DNA of 64,000 nucleotides from an uncultured Prochlorococcus sp. (GCA_902521995.1 CABYTO010000003.1:44475-108474); one strand, 5' to 3'; positions 50,001 through 59,528 are shown, numbered from the stretch's first letter. Notes: a model not told the origin generated them from the sequence alone. Translations and numbers: made by a program.

Positions 50001-50305
50001 TTTAACTGCAAGATTCAAAGCTGTTTGACCTCCCATAGTGGGAAGAATCGCGTCAGGTTTTTTTCTCTTAAAATAATCTGAGAAACAATTTCAGGAGTCA
50101 ATGGCTCAATATATGTCTTGCTAGCGATGTCAGGATCAGTCATTATTGATGCAGGATTTGAATTTATCAAAACAGTTTCATAACCAGCATTTCTCAAAGC
50201 CTTGCAAGCTTGGGTGCCAGAGTAATCAAATTCGCATGCTTGTCCTATAACAATCGGGCCAGAACCTAGAATAAGAATTTTTTTAAGATCACCTCTTTGA
50301 GGCAT
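47007..50305 (-). CDS. carB: carbamoyl-phosphate synthase large subunit, interrupted by a -1 frameshift at an A7 run (50058..50064)
   Basis: Track ORFs 50015..50305 (N-terminal 96 aa, [28 protein letters not shown]) and 47007..50036 (MGGQTALNL... through both ATP-grasp halves and the MGS-like domain) are contiguous CarB pieces in different frames. Confidence 0.9.
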
Positions 50306-50411
50306 AATTTAACCTTCACTTATTTCATGCTACTTATAAATTATCAGATGTTAATCAAGTTACTTGAAAAGCAACATTTGTTTCTATAGTATTGAAAGAA
50401 AATAATTTTTT

Positions 50412-51050
50412 ATGAGCGAACTTCAGCGACTTAAAAGTTTGTTGCCTCCAGAGAATGAAAGTTGGGTATTTGTTGAAGCGGCTGCGGCTATCGATCCACC
50501 TTTAATAACACTTGAGGAAATCGGTCGTGACGAAGTAGAAATTCAAATAGATTTAGATGAATGGGATAACTTAGCTATTGACCACAGAAACCTATTGTTT
50601 TGGCACGAGGTTGGAAAAATTCAAAATGATGCAATTCCCAGAGATGGATGGGAAATGGCAGCTCTTGCCATAGGACTTGGAGGGGCGATAGGAGAGTTGT
50701 GGGTGCAGGATGGGTTACTATTATTACTTGCTCTTGGTTTATCAAGTTTTGCAGGGTACAGATTATATTTAAAAAATAATTCTGAAAAAAAGCTTCAAGA
50801 TGCCATCTATGCAGATGAAAGAGCTATAGATCTTGCTTGTAGATTTGGATACAGCATTCCAAATGCTTATAAAAGTCTTGGGGGAGCATTAAAGGAGTTA
50901 ATAGATAAGACACGAAAAAAGAAAAAAAGAAGTTTCTTTGAAGATAGATTAGATGCCTTAAGAAAAAGTGCAGAAAAAGCAAGATCAGAATTATCTCAGC
51001 AAGAAGGTTCAGGGAAATCAGTCTCAAGCGAAAATGTTTATGGACAATAA
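50412..51050 (+). CDS. conserved hypothetical protein with two central TM helices
   Basis: 212-aa track ORF. Confidence 0.45.
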   Translation: MSELQRLKSLLPPENESWVFVEAAAAIDPPLITLEEIGRDEVEIQIDLDEWDNLAIDHRNLLFWHEVGKIQNDAIPRDGWEMAALAIGLGGAIGELWVQDGLLLLLALGLSSFAGYRLYLKNNSEKKLQDAIYADERAIDLACRFGYSIPNAYKSLGGALKELIDKTRKKKKRSFFEDRLDALRKSAEKARSELSQQEGSGKSVSSENVYGQ

Positions 51051-51384
51051 AAGTTTGGTTTTATTGGCAGCTAAGGCATGTGATGAAAAAAAGGCAAGAG
51101 ATATTAAACTTATAAAAATTGATAAAGTATCATTTATTAGTGAATGGATTTTGATTGCAGAAGGATTATCTGACGTACAAGTTAGATCAATAACTAGTTC
51201 TGTAGAGGGGGAACTCAGAGAAAAGGCTAAAATCGAACCAATCCGAAAAGAGGGAGTTAATGAAGCGAAATGGGCTTTACTCGATTATGGTGATTTGATA
51301 GTAAATATTTTTCAACCAGAAATAAGAAAATATTATGACCTTGAATCATTCTGGAGTAATGGAGATAATCTTATATTTCCATAA
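51034..51384 (+). CDS. rsfS: ribosomal silencing factor RsfS (iojap)
   Basis: WILIAEGLSDVQVRSI and DYGDLIVNIFQPEIRKYYDLESFW motifs. I use the ATG at 51034 instead of the track start at 50968. Confidence 0.85.
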   Translation: MFMDNKSLVLLAAKACDEKKARDIKLIKIDKVSFISEWILIAEGLSDVQVRSITSSVEGELREKAKIEPIRKEGVNEAKWALLDYGDLIVNIFQPEIRKYYDLESFWSNGDNLIFP

Positions 51385-51393
51385 TTATATTTT

Positions 51394-51888
51394 ATGAAAG
51401 AATCTAAATGTCCTGTCCCTAAAGAGCAACAACCCACTAATGAATTTATAGAATTATCGCAATCTAAAATTTTTTCTTGGCCAAAAACAAAAAAGTCACT
51501 AATCTTTATTTTGATAAAGTTCTGGGTAGGAGCTTTTGTTCTATTTCTTGTCATTTCTTCAGGAAGTGTATATTTCAAAACATCCACTTTAAAGTATATT
51601 CTATTAAGCTTTTTTAGCAGCTTATCAATACCTCTTTTAATTTCAATAAGATTATATTTAGGCTGGAATCATATTTTTAAAAGATTAAAATCTGAAAAAG
51701 TTGAATACGAGGAATCCGGTTGGTATGACGGTCAAGTATGGGAAAAGCCATTAGTTTTGAAAGAAAAAGAATCACTTATTGCCTCAATTGAGGTAAAGCC
51801 AATTTTAAAAAATTTAATTCAAATTTTTTCTATTATTTCAGTCTTAGCATTGTTTGGCATTTTGATTTTTCAATATAATAATTTCTAA
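51394..51888 (+). CDS. Ycf36/DUF1230-like membrane protein
   Basis: N-terminal CPVPKEQQPTNEFIELSQSKIFSWP, two TM helices, then GWYDGQVWEKP. Confidence 0.55.
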   Translation: MKESKCPVPKEQQPTNEFIELSQSKIFSWPKTKKSLIFILIKFWVGAFVLFLVISSGSVYFKTSTLKYILLSFFSSLSIPLLISIRLYLGWNHIFKRLKSEKVEYEESGWYDGQVWEKPLVLKEKESLIASIEVKPILKNLIQIFSIISVLALFGILIFQYNNF

Positions 51889-52854
51889 ATGAGTTCTAAT
51901 TTCAAAAACCTCTACACTTCTAACAATCCTCCCTTACAAGCAACCTTAATTAGAGGATCCAATATTGAGTCGATTCATAAAATTCATGCTGTTATTACTG
52001 ATAAAAAAGGGAGGGTTTTAATGTGTGCAGGAAATCCAGAATATAAAAGTTTCATAAGGTCAGCACTAAAACCTTTTCAAGCAATACCTTTTGTTAGTAG
52101 TGGAGCTGCATCAAAAATCAATAATGAATCAAAATCAATTGCTTTGGCATGCGGGTCACATAGTGGATCAAAACTTCATTCAAGAGAAGCATTTAAAATT
52201 TTATGGGAATATGACATTGACATTAATAATCTTAAATGTCCAAAATCTAAGACAAGTCCATTAGAACATAATTGTTCGGGTAAACATGCCGCTTTTTTAG
52301 CTACATGCAAAAAAATGAATTGGCCATTAGATAGTTACTTAAAGGGTGATCATCCTCTTCAAATAGAAATATTCAGAATTGTTTCTGAATTACTTGAAAT
52401 CCCTTCATCTGAAATAAACGCAGAACGTGATGATTGTGGTGCTCCCACTCTTTATTTAAAACTATTAGAAATGTCGAGGTTATATTCACTTTTGAGCAGT
52501 TCCGAGAATGCTGAATTAGAACAAATTAGTAGAGCTATGATTTTAAATCCAACAATGATAAGTGATAACAATAAATTTGATACAGAAATAATTAAAGCTT
52601 CTCATGGTAACGTTATAGGTAAAGGGGGAGCTGAGGGAATACAGTGTCTATGTAAAGTTAATGAAGGGATAGGTTTAGCTTTAAAAGTAGAAGACGGATC
52701 AAAAAGAGCAAAGCATGCTGTTAGTCTTCACTTACTAAAACAGTTAGAGTGGATATCTGACTTAAGAATTCAAGACATCGAAGAAAAGGTGTTTAATTTT
52801 TCTGAAGGAGTGCGTCTTGAAGTTAAAGGTAAAGTAAAATTCCAAGAATCCTAA
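51889..52854 (+). CDS. asparaginase-II-family (PF06089-type) protein
   Basis: RGSNIESIHKIHAVITD, ACGSHSG and NCSGKHAAF motifs as recalled for this family. Confidence 0.7.
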   Translation: MSSNFKNLYTSNNPPLQATLIRGSNIESIHKIHAVITDKKGRVLMCAGNPEYKSFIRSALKPFQAIPFVSSGAASKINNESKSIALACGSHSGSKLHSREAFKILWEYDIDINNLKCPKSKTSPLEHNCSGKHAAFLATCKKMNWPLDSYLKGDHPLQIEIFRIVSELLEIPSSEINAERDDCGAPTLYLKLLEMSRLYSLLSSSENAELEQISRAMILNPTMISDNNKFDTEIIKASHGNVIGKGGAEGIQCLCKVNEGIGLALKVEDGSKRAKHAVSLHLLKQLEWISDLRIQDIEEKVFNFSEGVRLEVKGKVKFQES

Positions 52855-52899
52855 AAAACAAAAAAAAATAACCCTTTCAGATGTATGCTATATATATGC

Positions 52900-52976
<77 letters not shown>

Positions 52977-52981
52977 TTTAG

Positions 52982-53005
52982 AAGCAGTTTTAAAGCTGCT
53001 TTTTT
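52982..53005 (+). terminator. intrinsic terminator after tRNA-fMet
   Basis: AAGCAG-TTTTAAAG-CTGCTT hairpin whose 3' arm runs into a T6 run (53000..53005). Confidence 0.6.
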
Positions 53006-53339
53006 AGTATTTGCAGTAGTTACAGCAATTATAAAAATAAAAATTATAAAGTCTTAACTAAAAAGAGTTTATTAAAAATTATTTGAGATCTTTTTGAATA
53101 GAAAATTTCAAGTCAACTCTAACTAATAATCCAGTAATGATAAAAAGTATTCCAATGTATGAATTCAAAGATAGGTCCAAAATATTAAATTAATTTCTAA
53201 CTAAATTTTAACTCACAAATCATATCTATTAAATACTGCAATAAAAAAGAATTAAAAAAAAATCTGAATTTTGAACATTTACATCTTTAATAAGTTATTT
53301 AGTAAAGTAGAGTAAAATTTATCTTATCCAGAAAATTAT

Positions 53340-53486
53340 ATGCAGAATTTGCTTCAGCGTGATTTAGGTTCAAGCATGTTATCAATAGCTGTCATATTAG
53401 GTTGGTTAGGTCTGTTTTTTGTATTTTTGAGAGTATTAACAATTTCAATAAAGAGAATCCTTGATTCTGTTTTCAAAAAATCTTAA
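53340..53486 (+). CDS. hypothetical mini-ORF (48 aa, one TM helix)
   Basis: Hand-found ORF: MQNLLQRDLGSSMLSIAVILGWLGLFFVFLRVLTISIKRILDSVFKKS. Confidence 0.25.
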   Translation: MQNLLQRDLGSSMLSIAVILGWLGLFFVFLRVLTISIKRILDSVFKKS

Positions 53487-53556
53487 TTATTGAAATAAAT
53501 CAATAACTCTGGAATAATCGCATAAACCCTTTATCACTAAGTATAATAACCTAAAA

Positions 53557-53946
53557 ATGTCAATTTTAGATAAGGTTAAGATAGGAAATTCTGTTCAAGT
53601 TAACCTAGAACTATCTAAGGATAGACTCAACAAAGAAACTATTGATGCAATTAATGTTTCTTCATTGGGTAAGGTAAGTGATTTCAGAATAACTGATGGC
53701 AAAGGTATTGGAGTTGTCTTGCAATTATCTAATGGACAAGAGCAATGGTTTTTTGAGGATGAAATTGATCTTCTCGACGAAAATGGTAATGTAATAAAGC
53801 AAAATTATAATAAACAAGAGAATAGTAATTTTATATTTGATTTTTTAAGAGGATTAAATTATGAAAATAAAAATAACGTAAGCGAGTTACTTAATCCAAT
53901 TAACTTTTTTATCTGGCTGGTTGTATCGTTTAAAGATATTTTTTGA
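53557..53946 (+). CDS. hypothetical protein (129 aa)
   Basis: Track ORF with a soluble N-terminal domain and a hydrophobic C-terminus. Confidence 0.4.
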   Translation: MSILDKVKIGNSVQVNLELSKDRLNKETIDAINVSSLGKVSDFRITDGKGIGVVLQLSNGQEQWFFEDEIDLLDENGNVIKQNYNKQENSNFIFDFLRGLNYENKNNVSELLNPINFFIWLVVSFKDIF

Positions 53947-54023
53947 TTGGTTAAAAAATTTTCTAAAATAAAATTAATTTAACAATTTATTTAAATATTA
54001 AATTTCAGTAATTAAAAATTTAA

Positions 54024-55019
54024 ATGGTACAAAATATTATCGATGTAAAAAATTTATCTAAGTCATTTGATATCTCTTCCAAAGAACCAGGCTTAAAAGG
54101 AACAATTAAACATTTTTTTAGAAGACAAACAAAAAGTTTAAAAGTTATAAAAGGTATAAGTTTTGAAATTAAAGAGGGAGAAATAGTAGGTTTTCTAGGT
54201 GCTAATGGAGCTGGGAAAACAACAATATTAAAAATGCTTTGTGGCTTAATTTATCCAAGTGAAGGTTCGATTTCGGTTTCAGGCTATTTACCTTTCAGGA
54301 GAAGAGAAAATTTCCTAAAGAGTATCACCTTAATAATGGGACAAAAGCAACAGCTTATATGGGATCTTCCACCAATTGAATCATTCTATTTGAATGCATC
54401 AATATATGACTTAGATAAGTTCGAAGCTAAAAAGAGAATAAAAAAACTATCGGAAATGCTTGAAATTGATGAAGAGCTGTTCATACCTGTTAGAAAACTT
54501 TCACTAGGGCAGCGTATGAAATCAGAATTACTTGCAGCTTTGATACATGAACCAAATATTCTTTTTTTAGACGAGCCGACACTTGGATTAGATATTAATG
54601 CACAGAGAAATTTAAGAAAATTCCTTCAAAAATATAATAAGGAAACTAATGCAACGATATGCCTAACAAGTCATTACATGAAAGATATTACATCGCTATG
54701 CAAGAGAGTGATATGTGTGCACGAAGGGGCAATATCATATGATGGGGAGCTTGACCTGTTATTAAAAAAACTTTCTCCTGTTAAAGAAATATTAATAGTT
54801 TGTCGATCAGAAGAGGATGCAATTAAATTAGAAAATTCCGGTTTTACTGTTAAAAATAAAATAAAGAATGAAATCACTATAAAAATTGAAAACAACTCTA
54901 TTACCTCTTCACTAAAAACTATCCTAAATAATTTTGATATTGAAGACCTTTTTATAAATGAACCACCCATTGATGAAGTTATTGGGAAGGTATTAATCAA
55001 AAAAGATTATGATATCTAA
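54024..55019 (+). CDS. ABC transporter ATP-binding protein (ABC-2 type system)
   Basis: Walker A GANGAGKTT, signature LSLGQRM, Walker B LFLDEPTLGLD. Confidence 0.9.
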   Translation: MVQNIIDVKNLSKSFDISSKEPGLKGTIKHFFRRQTKSLKVIKGISFEIKEGEIVGFLGANGAGKTTILKMLCGLIYPSEGSISVSGYLPFRRRENFLKSITLIMGQKQQLIWDLPPIESFYLNASIYDLDKFEAKKRIKKLSEMLEIDEELFIPVRKLSLGQRMKSELLAALIHEPNILFLDEPTLGLDINAQRNLRKFLQKYNKETNATICLTSHYMKDITSLCKRVICVHEGAISYDGELDLLLKKLSPVKEILIVCRSEEDAIKLENSGFTVKNKIKNEITIKIENNSITSSLKTILNNFDIEDLFINEPPIDEVIGKVLIKKDYDI

Positions 55020-55803
55020 ATTAATTAACCGTAAAATATTAACTTTATTAAAAGTCCAATATTCAAACATGTTGGAGTATAGGGTAGAAATTGCATTATG
55101 GGCAATTTCTGGGATTATTCCTTTTTTCATGTTAAACATTTGGACAAATAATAATCTAAATGAATCCATAAACATTAGTGATACATTGCTTTCTAGGTAT
55201 TTCTTATGTGCTTTTTTTGTAAGACAGTTTTCTGTAGTTTGGGTTGTATTTAGTTTTGAAGAAGATTCTCTGATGGGGAAGGTATCTCCGTATTTAATTC
55301 AACCTTTAAATCCATTTTTCAGATATTTTGCACAACATCTTGCAGAACAAATAACAAGATTTCCTTTCGCACTAATAATCGCATTTTTCTTTTTTATTTT
55401 TAATCCAGAAAGTATATGGATACCAAATTTAGGTATTTTACTTTTATCGATAGTGTCTACTTTCTTATCCTTCTTGATTCAATTTTTAATTCAGTCAATA
55501 GTTGCATGTCTATGTTTCTGGACAGAGAAAGCGTCATCGATAGAAAGATTGTTATTTATTCCAACTTTATTTCTCTCAGGTCTTTTAGCTCCAGTTGTTT
55601 CATTTCCCGCATATGTTAAATCTTGGATTTATTTGACTCCTTTTCCATATCTAATTGATTTCCCTGCAAACTTACTTTCAGGTAATGAAACAAATATTAG
55701 TGGAGGGTTAATTATGCAAATTCTATGGATTTTTATACTTTTCCCATTATTTAAGAAAATCTGGTCTGAAGGAACAAAAAAATATACAGCAATGGGGTCA
55801 TGA
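55009..55803 (+). CDS. ABC-2 family permease (DUF990-like)
   Basis: 264 aa with about 6 TM helices. It overlaps the ATPase gene by 11 nt. Confidence 0.7.
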   Translation: MISKLINRKILTLLKVQYSNMLEYRVEIALWAISGIIPFFMLNIWTNNNLNESINISDTLLSRYFLCAFFVRQFSVVWVVFSFEEDSLMGKVSPYLIQPLNPFFRYFAQHLAEQITRFPFALIIAFFFFIFNPESIWIPNLGILLLSIVSTFLSFLIQFLIQSIVACLCFWTEKASSIERLLFIPTLFLSGLLAPVVSFPAYVKSWIYLTPFPYLIDFPANLLSGNETNISGGLIMQILWIFILFPLFKKIWSEGTKKYTAMGS

Positions 55804-56594
55804 ATTTAAGAAAATATCTAAAAGTTTACAAAAAATTCTTACATACTTCTTTAGCTTCTGAATTGGAGTATAAGACAAATATATTAGTTGATTTAATTAC
55901 TGCAATTTTAAGTTTAGTAGGGAGTATTTTTCTACTATCTATTTTCTTTCAAAATAGTGGATATATTGGAGGGTGGAAATTTGAACAGGCACTAATAATC
56001 CAAGCTATTTATACAATTTTAAATGGAATTACAAATACATGGTTTAATCCTAATCTTACAGAAATAGTTAAACATATAAGAGAAGGAACATTAGATTTCG
56101 TACTTTTAAAACCTATTGATAGTCAATTTTTTATTTCATTAAAAAAAATAAATCCATCTGGATTTTTAGAAATAATGCTTGGATTTTTATTGTTGTTCTT
56201 CTGCATAAGAATAAATGAAATCAATTTAAATTTAATTTTTCTGACCCTATCCTTGATTACTATAAGTTGCTCGATTTGTATTTTATATAGCTTATGGTTT
56301 TTTATCTCTACTACTACTATTTGGTTTGTTAAGACTTGGAATGCAATAGAAGTATTAAGATCATTCCTTTATATTGGAAGATTTCCTTTAAGTTCATTTT
56401 CATTTTCTTTAAGAATCTTTTTTAGTGTTTTTATTCCTATTGCTTTTATAACTACAATTCCTTCTGAAGTTTTTCTAGGACTTTCTGTATTTTGGAAAAT
56501 ATTGCTTGAGATTATTGTAGCGATAATTTTTCTTATTAATTCAAGAAAGTTTTGGTTATTTGCATTAAAATTCTATTCATCAGCCTCTAGTTAA
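55800..56594 (+). CDS. ABC-2 family permease (DUF990-like), second subunit
   Basis: 264 aa with about 6 TM helices. ATGA overlap with the previous gene. Confidence 0.7.
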   Translation: MNLRKYLKVYKKFLHTSLASELEYKTNILVDLITAILSLVGSIFLLSIFFQNSGYIGGWKFEQALIIQAIYTILNGITNTWFNPNLTEIVKHIREGTLDFVLLKPIDSQFFISLKKINPSGFLEIMLGFLLLFFCIRINEINLNLIFLTLSLITISCSICILYSLWFFISTTTIWFVKTWNAIEVLRSFLYIGRFPLSSFSFSLRIFFSVFIPIAFITTIPSEVFLGLSVFWKILLEIIVAIIFLINSRKFWLFALKFYSSASS

Positions 56595-56597
56595 GAA

Positions 56598-56864
56598 TTA
56601 TTTATTTACCTCGCTACAAAATTTCCAAATTTGTTGTTTACTTTTCAAATTAGAAAGCCTAGATAATTTTTTAAAATGAGGTTTAGATTTTTCAACAGAT
56701 AAAAGCCTGCAGTTGTATTCAATTTTATGATTTCTAGATATGAATCCTAATTTGAGTGCTACATCACTAAGGATAATTATTAAAGTAAGAAAAAAAAATA
56801 CACCGAAAAATTGTAAAAATGATTTTGAATAATTTTCTTTTTCAGTTTTTAATTCAAACTTCAT
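56598..56864 (-). CDS. hypothetical protein (88 aa, one TM helix)
   Basis: Track ORF. Its start overlaps the upstream stop by 1 nt (TAATG). Confidence 0.35.
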   Translation of the reverse strand: MKFELKTEKENYSKSFLQFFGVFFFLTLIIILSDVALKLGFISRNHKIEYNCRLLSVEKSKPHFKKLSRLSNLKSKQQIWKFCSEVNK

Positions 56865-57091
56865 TACTTAACTATATGCTGAGGGCACTTAATTGCAGCA
56901 ATAGCAACAGCCGTAACTTTAAAATTTTCAGACTTCTCAATAACCTTTTTTACCTCTAATGGACCAAATTTGTTACTTGCATCACTGTAGGAAAGAAGTA
57001 AAGATTTATAGTTATCATGACCTAGATTTCTATACTCACAGAAATTATCCCCAACATAATTCAAAAGAGTTAGTAAAGTTAATTCAATCAT
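56864..57091 (-). CDS. hypothetical protein (75 aa)
   Basis: Track ORF, coupled to 56598..56864. Confidence 0.35.
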   Translation of the reverse strand: MIELTLLTLLNYVGDNFCEYRNLGHDNYKSLLLSYSDASNKFGPLEVKKVIEKSENFKVTAVAIAAIKCPQHIVK

Positions 57092-57249
57092 TAAAACTTT
57101 TTACTAGCGAAGTTCTTACGAATGATACTGTGCAGGACATTTTTAACAAGTAAAAATACCAAAAACATTTGAAATTATGAAATTAGATTTTCATGGATAA
57201 ACTTTAAAGTTTCAAAATTATTTCAGAATTTATTAATTTACATATAAGA

Positions 57250-57385
57250 AAATCATTAAAGCACTATCTGTAGTGTCTGAAGTTGACGATTTATGCACTA
57301 CAGATAGGGGGTTGCATTTTTTAAGAAATTGGTTTAAAAATAAGATTCCCCATCACCTGGCCCCACATATGTGAGGCCTTTTTTT
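57250..57385 (+). ncRNA. candidate small RNA (unclassified)
   Basis: There is no ORF here. A 12-13 bp perfect hairpin spans 57264..57307, followed by an intrinsic terminator at 57359..57385. A possible -10 TATAAG sits at 57243..57248. The 5' end is a guess. Confidence 0.3.
57359..57385 (+). terminator. intrinsic terminator with no upstream plus-strand gene
   Basis: GGCCCCACA-TA-TGTGAGGCC stem (one C x A mismatch) followed by T7. Confidence 0.6.
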
Positions 57386-57538
57386 ATGGTTTTTAAAATA
57401 AGGCCTCTTTAAAAGTTTTATTTAATAAAAATGTAATTAATCCCTTTAATAATCATTAAGGATAATAATTTATTTATTTTTTTATTTATAATTCTGAATT
57501 AGATTTCTAACCAAATTGACTGCTATCCCACAATAATT

Positions 57539-58351
57539 TTATAAAAAGCTTTTTATGGATTTAATCAACAAGCTAATACCAACGAAAATACAAACCGTTA
57601 TAAAAGTTTTCTTAATAAGTATATTTCCATTTAATTTTGACAGGTGAGCCCCGAAAAATCCTCCTGTAAAGGAACCAATTATTAAAACTATCAATAAATT
57701 AAATGGAACCGATCCTATTCTTGCCAAAAATAATGCTCCGAAAAAATTCCAAAAAATCCCAACAGTAAAAAATGTCATACTTATGGCTCGAAGAAAATCC
57801 ATTTCAAAAGTTTTTATTAATAGAATTGTTACAAGCAATCCAGTTCCTGAAGAAATAGAACCATTTAATATACCTATAAGAAAAATAAAAATTAAAAATC
57901 TAATTTTATGAACAAAATTAAGCTTTTTATTGCCAGATGTCATACCTAAATCTGGTTTAAGGAATGAGTAAAAAGCTAATAATATGGATATTATTCCTAA
58001 AATCAAATAGAGGTACTTTTCAGATATATATTCAACTACAGAAGCCCCAAAAATTACTCCTGGTAATCCAAAAATTAAAATTTGCCAAGCAACAATTATA
58101 TCATTACTTAAAGTTTTGTAATTTCTCAAGGAACCCCCTATTCCTAGGGCTACTGTTGCTAATTTATGACTAGCCAGAGCCTGATAATAAGGAACTCCAG
58201 ATAAAATCAATGCTGGTAATTGTAATAATCCTGCTCCTCCTCCAGAAATCGCTGAGAACGTATTAGAAAAAAACGATATAAAAAAGATATAAATACTTTT
58301 AAATAAAGAATGATCAAAATTTCCTAATAATATTGTTAATAAATAAAGCAT
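57539..58351 (-). CDS. TauE/SafE (TSUP, DUF81) family anion exporter
   Basis: 270 aa, 8 TM helices, Gly-rich internal repeats (SGGGAGLLQLPAL / ISSGTGLL). Confidence 0.75.
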   Translation of the reverse strand: MLYLLTILLGNFDHSLFKSIYIFFISFFSNTFSAISGGGAGLLQLPALILSGVPYYQALASHKLATVALGIGGSLRNYKTLSNDIIVAWQILIFGLPGVIFGASVVEYISEKYLYLILGIISILLAFYSFLKPDLGMTSGNKKLNFVHKIRFLIFIFLIGILNGSISSGTGLLVTILLIKTFEMDFLRAISMTFFTVGIFWNFFGALFLARIGSVPFNLLIVLIIGSFTGGFFGAHLSKLNGNILIKKTFITVCIFVGISLLIKSIKSFL

Positions 58352-58491
58352 TTACTATAAATTGCTTTTTGAATTAATAAGTGAAAATTATTCTTTTCAT
58401 AAGAAGCATTTGCTTTAAGAAGTCTTATCTTATCTTTTTCAATCATACTTTAAAAAAAACTGTTATTATCAGAAAAATTATCAAGAATTTT

Positions 58492-58833
58492 ATGCATAGA
58501 CAAGATGCAATTTACCTTGATCAGTTTTGTCCCAAGATAAGTAATAAAAATTGGAGAGAGTCACTTAATAAAGTTACTAATTATAAATGTATTTATTGCG
58601 GTAAACCCTCAGAATCACTCGACCACCTTCACCCAATGTCAAAAGGGGGGATTAGCAGTACAAGTAATTGCGTACCATGTTGTTTGTCATGTAATGGGAA
58701 GAAATCAGATTCAGAAGTTCTTAATTGGTACAGAAAACAAAATTTTTATGATCCTCGAAGAGCTATGGCGATACGAGCATGGTTTAATGATGATTTAAAA
58801 CTAGCGTCAGTTCTTTTAAAATACTTAAATTAA
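58492..58833 (+). CDS. HNH endonuclease-domain protein
   Basis: CIYCGKPSESLDHLHPMSKGG...NCVPCCLSCNGKKSD. I use the ATG at 58492; the track GTG at 58381 adds an implausible extension. Confidence 0.8.
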   Translation: MHRQDAIYLDQFCPKISNKNWRESLNKVTNYKCIYCGKPSESLDHLHPMSKGGISSTSNCVPCCLSCNGKKSDSEVLNWYRKQNFYDPRRAMAIRAWFNDDLKLASVLLKYLN

Positions 58834-58931
58834 ACAATGAATAATAAATTGATTGATATTCGAAAAAAAATATTTTTGTATATCCTTGAATTGTATACTT
58901 TATTTTAGTAGCAATGTTCTTGTTAAATTAT

Positions 58932-59117
58932 TCATATTCTTTCTGAATATATATTATTGCTTTTAAAAATCGAAATATTAGGATAATCATCTTTCCACAT
59001 AATTGGTGAATCTATAACCTTTCTCTCTGGAGACTTTACTGAAAAAATCAATCCAAATACAAAAAGAATAGTAATCAATATAATTGTAATAACTAATTTG
59101 TCTGAAATATTATTCAT
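58932..59117 (-). CDS. hypothetical membrane mini-protein (61 aa)
   Basis: Track ORF with one TM helix. Confidence 0.3.
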   Translation of the reverse strand: MNNISDKLVITIILITILFVFGLIFSVKSPERKVIDSPIMWKDDYPNISIFKSNNIYSERI

Positions 59118-59126
59118 TTACCATAT

Positions 59127-59528
59127 CTATCTTGAAAAATTTTTGTCAGGAGTAGTTTTTTCGTAAATTTCAAGAAAATATGATTTAAAATAGTTTATCC
59201 CCTCATTCCCAATCAATCCAATTGACCGTCCGCAATCATTTACTACTTGTGATGAAATTTGATTTGCCAGGTCACTTTTCTCAATCCATTTTTTCTGAGG
59301 ATTATAAGAGAAAGATATAATGTTTTCAGTTTTTACAATAGCTGATTTCATTGCTTCATCTTTAGAAAGACCATTTTGGATAGAATTGCAATATTTTTTA
59401 GAGAAATTATTAGAGATCCTATTTTGTAATAAACTAACACTAGGATCGGACGTATCAAAAGCTAAACCTGTTGCAGGTTTTAATTGAAAAATTATAAATA
59501 AAAGTAAGACAAAAAAAAATTTTAACAA
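59127..59528 (-). CDS. hypothetical secreted protein (133 aa)
   Basis: Signal peptide MLKFFFVLLLFIIFQLKPATGLA and two Cys. Confidence 0.45.
   Translation of the reverse strand: MLKFFFVLLLFIIFQLKPATGLAFDTSDPSVSLLQNRISNNFSKKYCNSIQNGLSKDEAMKSAIVKTENIISFSYNPQKKWIEKSDLANQISSQVVNDCGRSIGLIGNEGINYFKSYFLEIYEKTTPDKNFSR

Noticed and set aside
56959-57153. 64-aa plus-strand ORF that could have been the gene served by the 57359..57385 terminator.
   Set aside because: It mostly overlaps the minus-strand ORF 56864..57091, which is translationally coupled to its neighbour. It also ends about 200 nt before the terminator, and the translation (His/Tyr/Cys-rich) looks like an antisense artefact. I kept it only as a caveat to the sRNA hypothesis.
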